NCBI GenBank assembly: GCA_963812605.1
Contig: CAWEWF010000006.1
Span: 32,001 to 96,000, forward strand
DNA from: an uncultured Verrucomicrobiae bacterium
Lineage (GTDB): Bacteria; Verrucomicrobiota; Verrucomicrobiia; Palsa-1439
Direction of reading: 5' to 3'
Length of the DNA: 64,000 bases
Position numbers and translations under genes: made by a program. The number at the start of each line of letters is the position of its first letter. The stretch's first letter is position 1. The notes below the pieces were generated by a model. It ran no database searches. It saw nothing but the letters and a program-made list of their open reading frames with translations, and had not been told where the DNA came from. Shown here in pieces: positions 54,379 to 64,000 of this stretch.

Positions 54379-54415
54379 AAGGGCGATGTCCTGGGCCGGG
54401 CTAGACGATGGGGTC
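54338..54415 (-). tRNA. tRNA-Glu (TTC)
   Basis: GACCCCATCGTCTAGCCCGGCCCAGGACATCGCCCTTTCACGGCGGTAACGCGGGTTCGAATCCCGCTGGGGTCGCCA: cloverleaf, TTC anticodon, encoded CCA. Confidence 0.97.
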
Positions 54416-54501
54416 GTCGGAAAATGATGCCGTGCCGGCGGCCCGAATATAGCGGAACGAACGCGAATCGCAATGCGGAAGTTTACCCCGAGGATTTTCG
54501 G

Positions 54502-54641
54502 GCGCATCTCGGCAGTGCCACTGGATTGTAGCCGCGAATCGCATTCGCGGCCCTTCCCCGCCGCGAAAATGTTTCGCGGCTACAAAGGGTGTCTCGCTTG
54601 ATCCCACCCGGAACAAACAAGCGGGCGGGACGCCCGCTCTA
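54502..54641. repeat. Dispersed REP-doublet element copy 2 plus GCGGGCGGGACGCCCGC REP
   Basis: Matches 27738-27822; REP at 54620-54641 abuts the frr stop. Confidence 0.85.
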
Positions 54642-54644
54642 TTT

Positions 54645-55206
54645 TTACACCGCCAGGATTTCTTTCTCCTTGTGGGACAGGACCGTGTCGATCTCCTTGA
54701 CGTACTCGTCGGTCTTGTTCTGGATCTCTTTCTCCGCGTGCTTGAGTTCGTCCTCGGTGATTTCCCCGTCCTTTTCCAACTTCTTGACCTGATCGTGCGC
54801 GTGCCGGCGCTCGCTGCGGATGGCGATGCGCCCTTCCTCGGCCATTTTCTTGCAGACCTTGTCCAATTCCTGACGGCGCTCCTGGTCGAGTTCCGGAATC
54901 GGGATGCGGAGGATTTTTCCGTCCACGCGCGGCGTGATGCCCAACTCCGACTTCATCAAGCGCCTTCTCCACGGCCTGCACGAGGCTCGCGTCCCAGGGT
55001 TGGACAACGATGAGGCGCGGTTCGGGCGTGGAGATGCCCGCCAATTCGCGCAACCGCATGTGCGAACCGTACGCCTCGACCTGGATGTTCTCCACGAGAG
55101 AGGTCGACGCTTTGCCCGTGCGAACGGTGGCGAATTCGCCATGGACGAATTCCACCGTCTTCATCATCTTCTCTTCCATCGAGTCGAGGGCTTCTTGCAA
55201 GGTCAT
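54645..55206 (-). CDS. frr: Ribosome recycling factor, 1-base frameshift near 54960
   Basis: VRTGKAST..IVVQPWD in one frame, ILRIPIPEL..RIAIR..KEKEIL in the next; removing one base at GCG CTT GAT restores ALMKS. Confidence 0.93.
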
Positions 55207-55261
55207 ACCACCGACTTTATGGGAAACGGCTGGGCAGATTCAATCACGAATTGCGCGGCGA

Positions 55262-55432
55262 AGTTCAGGGTTCACGGGCGAAAGTTCTCGGTTCACGGTT
55301 GGCGGTTCGTGGTTTAGAATCTGCGGCGCTTGAAAATCGAACGATTTGAGGACATTGAGTTCCTGCTGGTAGGCCGCTTCTGCGAAGCGGCGAAATCCTC
55401 GGAAAACTCGCCGACTCACAGAGTCGGCCTAC
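55262..55432. repeat. Heptamer tandem repeats (GTTCACG-like) and a GTAGGCCG...CGGCCTAC REP doublet
   Basis: Imperfect 7-mers at 55262-55315; paired hairpins at 55368-55432 between pyrH and frr. Confidence 0.65.
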
Positions 55433-55453
55433 ATCAGACGTCCCAGGAATCAG

Positions 55454-56185
55454 TCACTCCGTGACCAGCGTGCCGATGGTTTCGCCGAGGAGGACGCGCT
55501 TGATATTGCCGCGCTTGAAGAGGTTGAAGACGACGATCGGGATCTTGTTGTCCATGCACAGGGAAAATGCCGTGGAATCCATCACGTTGAGCCGGCCCTT
55601 CAAGGCGTCCATGTAGCTGAGTTTGTCGTACTTCGTTGCGGTCGGGTCTTTTTTCGGATCCGCCGTGTACACCCCCTCCACTTTCGTCGCCTTGAGCAGG
55701 ACGTCCGCGCCGATCTCGCTGGCGCGCAACGCGGCGGTGGTGTCGGTGGAAAAATACGGGTTGCCGGTGCCAGCCGCGAAAATGACCACGCGGCCTTTTT
55801 CCAGGTGCCGCATCGCGCGACGGCGGATGAACGGTTCGGCCACGGCGCGCATCTCGATGGCGGATTGCACGCGGGTGTGGACGCCGTTCTTCTCGAAAGC
55901 GTCCTGGAGCGCCAGGGCGTTGATCACGGTGGCGAGCATGCCCATGTAATCGCCGGTGGTGCGGTCGAGCCCGTGTTTGGTGCCCGCGATCCCGCGAAAG
56001 ATGTTGCCGCCGCCGATGACCACCGCCAGATGGACATCAAGCTCGGTGACTTCCTTGATTTCCTGCGCGATGGAGTCGCAGGTTTCCGGTGAGATGCCGT
56101 GCTCGCGCGGACCTAGCAGCGCTTCGCCGCTCAACTTCAACATCACGCGCCGATATTTGGGCGGCGGTGCGGATGTCGTTGTCAT
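55454..56185 (-). CDS. pyrH: UMP kinase
   Basis: [33 protein letters not shown]. Confidence 0.97.
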   Translation of the reverse strand: MTTTSAPPPKYRRVMLKLSGEALLGPREHGISPETCDSIAQEIKEVTELDVHLAVVIGGGNIFRGIAGTKHGLDRTTGDYMGMLATVINALALQDAFEKNGVHTRVQSAIEMRAVAEPFIRRRAMRHLEKGRVVIFAAGTGNPYFSTDTTAALRASEIGADVLLKATKVEGVYTADPKKDPTATKYDKLSYMDALKGRLNVMDSTAFSLCMDNKIPIVVFNLFKRGNIKRVLLGETIGTLVTE

Positions 56186-56203
56186 CCTGGTAGTCTCCGT
56201 GAC

Positions 56204-56836
56204 TCAGGTTGTCGGTGTCGAGTCCAAAACTTCCTCACCCAACTGCCAGCGGGTGAAGCGCCGAATGACGATGTTTTCCTTCAACTGCGCGATCTTCGCC
56301 GTGATGTGGTCTTTGATGGTGACCTCGGGGTCCTTCACAAACGGTTGCTCCAGCAGGCAAACGGTCGAGTAAAACTTCTCCAGTTTGCCCGCAACGATCT
56401 TCTCGACTGCCTGCGGCGGCTTGTCCTTCACCTGGGCGAGATAGATTTCTTTCTCGCCGTCAACGATGACCGCGGGAACATCTTCACGTTTCACGTAGCT
56501 GGGGTTGGCCGCGGCGATGTGCTGCGTGATGTCCTTGACGAGTTCGCGGAAGCTCTCATTGCGCGCGACAAAGTCGGTCTCACAGTTGATTTCCACCAGG
56601 ACGCCGAGTTTGCTGCCGTGATGGATGTAGCTGGCGATGCAGCCTTCATTGGCGGTGCGCGACGCTTTCTTGCCGGCATCAGCCTTGCCCTTCTTGCGGA
56701 GAATCTTCTCGGCCTCGGCGAGGTCGCCCTTGGCTTCCTGCAGGGCCACTTTGCAGTCCATCATGCCCGCGCCGGTCTTGTCGCGCAGTTCTTTCACGAG
56801 CTTGGAGTCAATTGCTTGCATGGTTGTCGTAGTCAT
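56204..56836 (-). CDS. tsf: Elongation factor Ts (short form)
   Basis: VKELRDKTGAGMMDCK, EINCETDFVA, LLEQPFVKDP. Confidence 0.96.
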   Translation of the reverse strand: MTTTTMQAIDSKLVKELRDKTGAGMMDCKVALQEAKGDLAEAEKILRKKGKADAGKKASRTANEGCIASYIHHGSKLGVLVEINCETDFVARNESFRELVKDITQHIAAANPSYVKREDVPAVIVDGEKEIYLAQVKDKPPQAVEKIVAGKLEKFYSTVCLLEQPFVKDPEVTIKDHITAKIAQLKENIVIRRFTRWQLGEEVLDSTPTT

Positions 56837-56861
56837 CTTGATTTCTGGCGTCGTAAGCGGC

Positions 56862-57650
56862 CTAGGCTGAGACGGCTGACTCCACCGGAACCAATACGGG
56901 CTCGACGGGCGGCGGGGCAGCTTCCACGGGCACCGGCGCGGGTGCGGGTGCGGGATACTTCTTGCCCAGTTCAGCCTGTGCTTCGGCAATGGTGTTGGCG
57001 ATCACGTTCGTGATCAGTTTGACCGCGCGAATGGCGTCGTCGTTCCCGGCAATCGGGTACGTGGCCTGATCGGGGTCGCAATTGGTGTCCACGACGGCAA
57101 TGATCGGGATGCCGAGGCGCTTGGCCTCGTGGATCGCGATGGCCTCGCGCATGATGTCGATCACGAACATCGCGGCGGGCGCCCGCTCCATTTTCACGAT
57201 GCCGTCGAGGTTGCGGTGCAGTTTGTTTTGTTCACGACGAAGGAATGCGACTTCTTTTTTCGGCAGATGTTCGCCCTCGGGCGACACGAGGAGACGGTCG
57301 ATTTCCTGCATCCGCTTGACGCTGTTGCGGATGGTGCGCAGATTCGTCAGGGTGCCGCCGAGCCAGCGGTCCACCACGTACGGCATGTTGGTGCGCGTGG
57401 CCGCTTCCTTGACTTCTTGTTGCGCTTGTTTCTTGGTGCCGACGAACAGCACGGAGCCCCCATTGAGCACGATCTCGTGAAGAAAACCGCAGGCGATCTC
57501 GATCTGGGTGAGGGTCTTGTTGAGGTCGATGACGTGAATTCCGTTACGGGCGGCGAAAATGAACTTTTTCATCTTGGGGTTCCACCGCTTGGTCTGATGA
57601 CCGAAATGAACCCCGGCTTCCAACAACTCTTCCACAGTTACGCTGGGCAA
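56862..57650 (-). CDS. rpsB: 30S ribosomal protein S2
   Basis: LLEAGVHFGHQT, RWLGGTLTN, DTNCDPD, GNDDAIR; TTG start after GGAGG. Confidence 0.97.
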   Translation of the reverse strand: MPSVTVEELLEAGVHFGHQTKRWNPKMKKFIFAARNGIHVIDLNKTLTQIEIACGFLHEIVLNGGSVLFVGTKKQAQQEVKEAATRTNMPYVVDRWLGGTLTNLRTIRNSVKRMQEIDRLLVSPEGEHLPKKEVAFLRREQNKLHRNLDGIVKMERAPAAMFVIDIMREAIAIHEAKRLGIPIIAVVDTNCDPDQATYPIAGNDDAIRAVKLITNVIANTIAEAQAELGKKYPAPAPAPVPVEAAPPPVEPVLVPVESAVSA

Positions 57651-57850
57651 TGTATCCTCCGTAGTTTCATCCCGCAGCCGCACGACTTTTCATGGCGCGA
57701 GACATCCAGTCATTAAACGACTGGATTTTGGTTCAGTGTTTTTATGTCCCGAATCCCTTCGGAACGGTTCGCTCCTGCCGCGAACACTCGTGGCAGGACT
57801 AATCATAGTAATCGGCCAGACAGCCGCTTTGCAAGCGGAAAAGGGCGGTG

Positions 57851-59015
57851 TTACCGGGGGACGGAACCGCCCAGATTGGGCAGGAAATTTCGCGCGGCGG
57901 AGTCGTCGTACGAAAAGAGGACGAAACCCGGCGCGCCGAGCTGGCGGGTCATGGTGATTTGCGCCGACAACTGGCTCAGGCGGTCGAACTTCCAACTGCC
58001 GATGCCGACGACCACCTTGCGTCGCGGCGCCCACGTCTGTTCCTTTTGCACCTTGGCTTCAAAATCGCGCAAATCAGGGCATGTACGTCATCGTGCAAAC
58101 ATAATCCACGTACCCGCGGTCGAGCCAGAGCTTCCAGTCCTGGGCCTTTTCTTCGCGCGCGCGATCGAGGTCGGAGAAGACGGCGGCCGACACCGTCAGG
58201 TTTGGCCGGGCCTGTCGCGCCCGGGCGGAGAGGTCTTCGATCCAGGTGTTGATGACGTGTTGCCGCCAGTCGTTAAACTGCGCGACGTACGCGCCCTGCA
58301 GCACGGCTTCCGGCCAGCGTTTCACGTGCGTGCCGATACTGCGCTCAAATTCGCGGCGGCAATTGGCGCAGAAGCAGGAAGGCTGTTCGCAAAAGCGGAT
58401 GTAGTCGAATTGGATGCCGTCGACGGGATACCTCTTCACCATTTCCGTCACGGACGAGGCGATCAGCGCGCGGTTGGCTTCCTGCGAGGGACACAGCCAT
58501 GTGAAACCCGCCTGCATGACCGGGCGACCGTCGGGTCCGCGCATCACGCGGTCCGCCGCGACCAATTCCCGTTGATATTCAGGAGGCGCTTTGAACATGA
58601 ACGTAACGATTTGTTTGGCGTGCACCGCCAGCCCGCGCCGATGCGCCAACTCGATGCCGCGCGCCACCGGGTCGGGCGAACCGCTGACGATGCTGGGGAG
58701 AGCCCGGCTGTTTGGATAGAACGCCGCGCCACCGGAAGCCAGGTTGGCATAAATCGTATTAAAACCCGCGCGCTGCAGGTTCGCCGTCGCGCTGTCCCAG
58801 TCCAGCCGCATGGTGTCGCTGACCCAGACGCCGCGGACTTCAGGTGCGCGCGTCGGACGCAACACCGGCGCTGGCACCGGCCTCAGCTCCGGCGGCGGTG
58901 GTGGCGGCAGATTCGCAACGCTCGGGTGATGCGCTACCGTGCAAGAGCCGAATAACAAAATGACGCCGTAGGCGACAATCAGCGCGCCTGCGGGAAAGTT
59001 CCCCAACCTCCTCAT
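57851..59015 (-). CDS. Glycoside hydrolase-like family 10 (DUF187/YddW-type) lipoprotein, frameshift near 58076
   Basis: EVRGVWV, AGFNTIY, YPVDGIQFDYIRF, QDWKLWL; C-terminus (VVVGIG..GFVLFSY) in another frame. Confidence 0.8.
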
Positions 59016-59132
59016 ATTCCTCCCTGTAACCGGAAGCACGGCAACGAGCTTGTGCGCTCCAGAAGTCGCGGCACTATAAGTGGAATCCCGTGATGTTGCC
59101 AAATGAAATGTTTGCTGTTACAACGGCCTTCG

Positions 59133-59987
59133 ATGCTTGGCAAACTTTCCATCCTCGGCCCCGGGCTTTTGGGCGGTTCCATCGGCCTTGCGGCCCGACA
59201 GCGGAAGGTCGCCAAGCGGGTGGTCATATGGGCGCGCCGTCCCGATGCCGCGGACCAGGCCTACAAGCTCGGGGCGGCGGATGAAGCGGTCACCGACCTG
59301 GCGAAAGCGGTCGCGGACGCGGAACTGGTCGTGCTGGCCACGCCGATCGGGGCCATGCGCGCGCTCGCCGAGCAGATGCGCCCTGCCCTGCCCGCAGGCT
59401 GCATCGTGACCGATGTCGGCAGCGTCAAATACACCGTTGTGACCGCGCTTTCCGACGCGTTGCAGGGCCAGGCCCGGTTCGTCGGCTCCCATCCGATGGC
59501 GGGCTCGGAACAATCCGGCATCGATGCCGCGCGGCGCGATCTCTTCGACAAAGCCGTCTGCATCGTCACCCCGCGCGAGGACACGGACAAGGCGGCGCTG
59601 AATGTGGTTTACGATTTTTGGAAGGCGCTCGGCTGCTCGGTCAAGACGCTCGCGCCGCTGGAACACGACGAGATGGTCGCGCGTACCAGCCATTTGCCGC
59701 ACGTCGTCGCCGCCGCGGTCGTCAACGTCGTCTGCAACAACGGCGACAAGCCGCTAAACTTTGTCGGCCCCGGTTTCAAGGATTTCACCCGCATCGCCAG
59801 CGGCCCCTTTGAGATGTGGACGGAAATCTGCCTCGAAAACCGCGAGGAAGTAGGCCGCGCGCTCGATCAGTTAATCGAGGAACTCGCCAAGGTCCGCGCC
59901 GCGGTCGAAAACTCCGACGCCGTCGAGTTGCGCACGATGCTGAAACGGGCCAAACATTTTCGGGATGAGCTGAGGTTCAAGGTATGA
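59133..59987 (+). CDS. tyrA: Prephenate dehydrogenase
   Basis: GPGLLGGS, TDVGSVK, GSHPMAGSE, HDEMVARTSHLPH, DFTRIA. Confidence 0.92.
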   Translation: MLGKLSILGPGLLGGSIGLAARQRKVAKRVVIWARRPDAADQAYKLGAADEAVTDLAKAVADAELVVLATPIGAMRALAEQMRPALPAGCIVTDVGSVKYTVVTALSDALQGQARFVGSHPMAGSEQSGIDAARRDLFDKAVCIVTPREDTDKAALNVVYDFWKALGCSVKTLAPLEHDEMVARTSHLPHVVAAAVVNVVCNNGDKPLNFVGPGFKDFTRIASGPFEMWTEICLENREEVGRALDQLIEELAKVRAAVENSDAVELRTMLKRAKHFRDELRFKV

Positions 59988-60003
59988 AAGCTTTTCTCCG
60001 CGA

Positions 60004-60320
60004 TGTCATTCTGAGCGCAGCGAGCCGAGTCAGACGAGACGCCGCTGTTGTTTGCGGCAAGGGTCTGGCTCGAATGCGGTCTAGAACCCATCTCATAAGT
60101 GGTGGGACAGGCCTCTGTGCCTGTCATACCCCATCGACACAGGGTAAGTGCCCTAATTTGGAGGGCCACGCTCTGTCGTGGCCGCCTGGAGCAAACGGAC
60201 GCGCGGGAGCGCGTCCCTCCAAACGACAAATTAGGACACTACCCGACACAGGCAGGGACGCCTGTGCCACCAACGGTTTATGGGACTATTTCTAGATTCT
60301 TCGCTTCGCTCAGAATGACA
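60004..60320. repeat. Nested composite of five inverted-repeat element types
   Basis: Concentric arm pairs (see findings); includes a MITE at 60143-60243 with 8-bp duplication CGACACAG. Confidence 0.85.
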
Positions 60321-60331
60321 TGCTTTTGCCA

Positions 60332-61570
60332 ATGAAACCGCTCTCTGATCCATACGAAATCAAGCCGTTGGCAAAGCCACGGGATTGCACAATCACGGTG
60401 CCCGGTTCCAAGAGCATCACGAATCGCGCATTGATTCTGGCCGCACTCGCAAGGGGAGGATGCATGCTGCGCGGCGCGTTGTGGGCTGACGATACACAGG
60501 TGATGGTGGATTCGCTGAACAAGCTAGGGATTAAGACTACGCACTCCGAACCGGACGAGAATTCTAACTGCGACATCGAAGTTGAAGGTCAGGACGGCAG
60601 AATTCCCGAACCTAAAGCGAACCTGTACGTCGGCAACGCTGGCACCGCAGCTCGTTTCTTAACTGCGCTGGTCTGTCTGGGCCACGGCGAGTACAAGATT
60701 AGCGGCGATGCGCGAATGCATGAGCGGCCAATGAAAGAGCTTTTCGACGCCCTTTGCTCACTTGGTGCGAACATTGAGACGAAAGATGGCCATCTGCCTG
60801 CAACGATCCATGCAAGAGGGCTGAAAAAAAAGGGCCAAATTACTATTAGCTTGGCACGGAGTAGTCAATTCCTCAGCGCGCTTTTGCTTATTTCAGGACG
60901 GATTGATCTGAACGTCAACGCCAGCATGGATAGTGAAGCCGAGTCATATGTAACCATGACCCAACTGTTGAGAGATCATTTTGACAACCCTCTAGGCCAT
61001 TCCGATTTTTTTATTGAACCGGATTTATCGAGCGCATCGTATTTTTTAGCGATTGGCCGTTTATTTTCGGACCAAGGCGGAAATGTAGAAATTGCGGGTT
61101 GGAGAGAACTGACCTACCCTCGTTTACAAATAGATAGCGAGTTTCCTACAATTTTACGCGATCTTTTCGCTTCATCGCCCGCCTCCTCCGAATTCCGAGT
61201 CTCCCGCGCGATTCACTTGGGCGACAGCATAATGACATTGGCAATTTGCGCGCTGTTTGCAAAGCAGCCACTGCGGATTTATGACGCGGCGAGGTTACGG
61301 CTGCAGGAGACAGATCGCATTAAGGCAATGGTCACGGAGTTGCAACGTGTTGGGGCGAAGGCGGAGGAGCATGAGGATGGCTTCACGGTTTGGCCTGCCG
61401 AACCCGGCCAACTCCACGGCGCGGACATTGAAACTTACGATGACCATCGGATGGCGATGTGTTTTTCTGTGTTAGGATTGAAAGTTCCGGGCATTCGGAT
61501 TAAGAATCCCGGTTGTGTGAGCAAAACGTTTCCAAATTTCTTCGAGAAACTGGAGCAACTGCGACAGTGA
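60332..61570 (+). CDS. aroA: 3-phosphoshikimate 1-carboxyvinyltransferase
   Basis: PGSKSITNRA, GNAGTAARF, SSQFLSALL, ETDRI, DDHRMAM, KTFPNFF. Confidence 0.93.
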   Translation: MKPLSDPYEIKPLAKPRDCTITVPGSKSITNRALILAALARGGCMLRGALWADDTQVMVDSLNKLGIKTTHSEPDENSNCDIEVEGQDGRIPEPKANLYVGNAGTAARFLTALVCLGHGEYKISGDARMHERPMKELFDALCSLGANIETKDGHLPATIHARGLKKKGQITISLARSSQFLSALLLISGRIDLNVNASMDSEAESYVTMTQLLRDHFDNPLGHSDFFIEPDLSSASYFLAIGRLFSDQGGNVEIAGWRELTYPRLQIDSEFPTILRDLFASSPASSEFRVSRAIHLGDSIMTLAICALFAKQPLRIYDAARLRLQETDRIKAMVTELQRVGAKAEEHEDGFTVWPAEPGQLHGADIETYDDHRMAMCFSVLGLKVPGIRIKNPGCVSKTFPNFFEKLEQLRQ

Positions 61571-62286
61571 GCCTTCCCCCAACCGACAAAACCGTGGTGG
61601 TGGCGGTGGACGGGCCCGCTGCCAGCGGCAAGAGCACCGTGTCGCGGGCGTTGGCCCGGATGCTGGGCTACAACTATGTCGATACCGGGGCGATGTACCG
61701 CGCCATTACCTGGAAGGCGCTGCAGGAAGGCATCGACGTTGAGGACGCGATTGCGGTGATCGCGATGATGCACCGAATCAAGATCGCTTTTGAGATCGTC
61801 GACCACCAGGCGCACATGCTGATTGACGGCATTTATCCGGGCGAGGCCGTTCGCGACCCGCGCGTGACGGAGAAAGTCTCGACCATCGCGGCCATGCCCG
61901 AGGTGCGCCAGGTCCTCGTACAACATCAACGTTCGCTGACGAAACTCGGCAGCCTGGTGATGGAAGGACGCGACATCGGGACGGTGGTGTTTCCCAATAC
62001 GCCCTACAAATTCTATCTCGAAGCCAGCCCGGAAGTGCGGGCGCGGCGGCGCAAGCGAGACCTGGAGGCGATGAAGATCGACGCCAGCCATGACGGCGTG
62101 AAGGAAGCGCTCCAGCGCCGCGACAAAAAGGACACGGGCCGCAGCACGTCGCCATTGCAGATCGCGCTCGGCGCGACCGTGATCGAGAACTCGAATTTGT
62201 CGGTCGAAGAAAACGCCAAGGTGCTGCTGGACCACATTCGCCAGCAAGGCCAGCGCCGCGGCAGCTTCGGCGTCGGCGGCGCGTGA
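61567..62286 (+). CDS. cmk: Cytidylate kinase
   Basis: VDGPAASGKST, DTGAMYRA, MEGRDIGTVVFP. Confidence 0.96.
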   Translation: MSLPPTDKTVVVAVDGPAASGKSTVSRALARMLGYNYVDTGAMYRAITWKALQEGIDVEDAIAVIAMMHRIKIAFEIVDHQAHMLIDGIYPGEAVRDPRVTEKVSTIAAMPEVRQVLVQHQRSLTKLGSLVMEGRDIGTVVFPNTPYKFYLEASPEVRARRRKRDLEAMKIDASHDGVKEALQRRDKKDTGRSTSPLQIALGATVIENSNLSVEENAKVLLDHIRQQGQRRGSFGVGGA

Positions 62287-62290
62287 GCGC

Positions 62291-62929
62291 ATGAGGCAAC
62301 TCTGGTACCGGTTCTGCCGTGTCTGGTTTCGCCTCTACTTTTATTTGTATCATCGCGGCCGCGTCTATAACACCGAGCGGCTTCCCGCGGAGGGGGCGTT
62401 CATCCTGGCGGGGAACCACGTCAGCTTTCTCGACCCGCCATTTTTCGGGCTGGCCTGCCAGCGTGACGCCTATTTCATGGCGCGCGACACCCTCTTTCGC
62501 AATCCGCTGGCGAATTGGATTCTGCGGAGTTGGCACTGCGTGCCCATCAGTCGCGACCGCGGCGACATCGGCGCCATGCGGACCGTGTTGCGCATGCTCG
62601 GCGAAGGCAAAGCGGTATTGATGTTTCCCGAAGGCACGCGCAGCGAGGACGGCGGGCTTCAGGAGCCGCGCGCGGGCATCGGCATGATCGCAGCGCGGGC
62701 GAAAGTTCCGATCGTCCCCATGCGCATCTTCGGCACAGACCGCGCGCTGCCGCGGGGGACGAGTTTTCCCCGGCCCACGCGCGTGGAGATCAAGTTTGGC
62801 GATCCATTCCTCTATCCGCTGCCCGCGGATTTCGAGAAACTGCGCGGCGATGCGGTCAAGGCGGTCTACCTCGACATCGGGCGCGAAATCATGCGACGGA
62901 TTGCCGTTCTGGAGCCTCGGACCGAATAA
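62291..62929 (+). CDS. plsC: 1-acyl-sn-glycerol-3-phosphate acyltransferase
   Basis: NHVSFLDP, FPEGTRS. Confidence 0.9.
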   Translation: MRQLWYRFCRVWFRLYFYLYHRGRVYNTERLPAEGAFILAGNHVSFLDPPFFGLACQRDAYFMARDTLFRNPLANWILRSWHCVPISRDRGDIGAMRTVLRMLGEGKAVLMFPEGTRSEDGGLQEPRAGIGMIAARAKVPIVPMRIFGTDRALPRGTSFPRPTRVEIKFGDPFLYPLPADFEKLRGDAVKAVYLDIGREIMRRIAVLEPRTE

Positions 62930-63069
62930 AACGGATTGAGTGGCGACGCACATTACGCGAGTCGAATCGAAGCCGCCCTCAGCCGAAAAATAAGCGGTCG
63001 AAATGAGAGTCGGCTGTGCCCCCTCCTTGTGAGGCGCAGCCGACTCTCTTTCCCATCGGCCACCCGCTA

Positions 63070-63342
63070 TCACGGGGTGGATGGCCCCGGCGAAGGTGCG
63101 GTCGACGGCGGATTGGTTGTTGCTTGCGAGGCATCCGGCATTGGCGTCGGGGCCGGTGCTTCGTTCGTGGAAACGGAATTTGTCATTGGCGGGGACGTTG
63201 CGGTTTCCGGCGTATTATTCACGCTGGATGAGCTATTGGTAGACGGCAGGGTGGAGGTGTCCGTCTGCTGGTTGCATCCGCACAAGGCTGCTCCCACCAG
63301 GACACTGGCCACCGCGATTTGAACCTTTCCAGAGGGTTTCAT
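63070..63342 (-). CDS. Small Ser/Thr/Pro-rich lipoprotein
   Basis: Lipobox ALCGC followed by a low-complexity tail. Confidence 0.65.
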   Translation of the reverse strand: MKPSGKVQIAVASVLVGAALCGCNQQTDTSTLPSTNSSSSVNNTPETATSPPMTNSVSTNEAPAPTPMPDASQATTNPPSTAPSPGPSTP

Positions 63343-63571
63343 TTTCGTCCTTTCGTGTGGCTTTCTCCATATTATTTCGAGAACAGCCTAAAGGGAGAGA
63401 AGTAGTCAAACAATCGGCGTTCATTCGGATTCTCGCCTAGGAAGGAATCTGGCATGCGACCCTGCCAGAAAGGACTTGCTACGACTGGCTCCGGGCCTTA
63501 TAGTTCCTCGTCTCTTCAGCATTCCGCACCATCGTTGTGCCTTGCCAGAGGCAGGAGAAATAATCAGTCTA

Positions 63572-64000
63572 ATGTCGAATTCAATGGAGAAACTCTTTTC
63601 CGAGGTGAAGGAATTCACCGAGGGAATGCTTGTGAAAGGGCGCGTCCTCGAGGTGCGTCCGAATGAAGTGTTGGTGGATATTGGTTACAAGTCCGAGGGC
63701 TCGATTTCGCTCTCGGAATTCGATGAGCCCGAGACCGTCAAACAGGGCGATGAGATCGAAGTACTGTTGGAGAGCCTCGAGGACGACGACGGCATGGTCG
63801 TGTTGTCCTTCGCCCGCGCCGAGCAGAAGAAGAATTGGGACCGCATCGTCACAATTTGCACCGAGGGCGGCACCATCGACGGGAAGGTCCGCGGCAAGGT
63901 CAAGGGCGGTTTGATGGTCAACATCGGCGTCGACGCCTTCCTCCCCGCCTCGCAGATTGACGTGATTCCCCCGCGCAATCTCGACGAGTACATGGGCAAG
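63572..64000 (+). CDS. rpsA: 30S ribosomal protein S1 (5' part, runs off window)
   Basis: Read manually: MSNSMEKLF..VLVDIGYKSEG..KVKGGLMVNIGVDAFLPASQID. Confidence 0.95.
   Translation, partial: MSNSMEKLFSEVKEFTEGMLVKGRVLEVRPNEVLVDIGYKSEGSISLSEFDEPETVKQGDEIEVLLESLEDDDGMVVLSFARAEQKKNWDRIVTICTEGGTIDGKVRGKVKGGLMVNIGVDAFLPASQIDVIPPRNLDEYMGK

Noticed and set aside
54580-55206. Programmed frameshifting or pseudogenisation of frr
   Set aside because: No slippery sequence at the break, and three other similar single-base indels occur in the window; sequencing error is more likely
57655-57800. rpsB leader (t44/S2 autoregulatory RNA)
   Set aside because: Position fits and hairpins exist, but I could not match the consensus by eye; needs a covariance-model search
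59984-60295. 103-aa ORF between tyrA and aroA as a real gene
   Set aside because: Composed entirely of nested repeat arms; although it overlaps the tyrA stop, there is no evidence of a protein family

Overview
GC-rich bacterial chromosome segment, most likely PVC superphylum / Verrucomicrobiota. This is inferred from gene style and the Verrucomicrobia-type C-terminal domain of a 1853-aa surface protein. The backbone is housekeeping: a GDP-heptose/glycosylation operon, rdgB, fabF-acpP-fabG-fabD, cysK, larE-thiGHS, mdh, mfd, sodC, dtd, trmJ, lipA, a two-component pair, tRNA-Glu, frr-pyrH-tsf-rpsB and tyrA-aroA-cmk-plsC-rpsA. Small, often AT-richer accessory cassettes lie between core genes: toxin-antitoxin-like pairs, nucleases, a helicase-associated-repeat protein and secreted proteins. 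No intact integrase is present. The most unusual layer is a set of small palindromic elements. A REP-associated tyrosine transposase (RAYT) is fused in frame to D-aminoacyl-tRNA deacylase through a REP-encoded linker. A REP sits in frame inside mfd. A 133-bp MITE with 8-bp target duplications has its inner loop flipped between copies. A five-layer nest of different elements lies between tyrA and aroA. One cassette is bounded by an 89-bp duplication of a gene 3' end whose differences are all synonymous. Four single-base frameshifts, one in essential frr, are probably assembly errors. All calls come from reading motifs by eye; no database searches were run.
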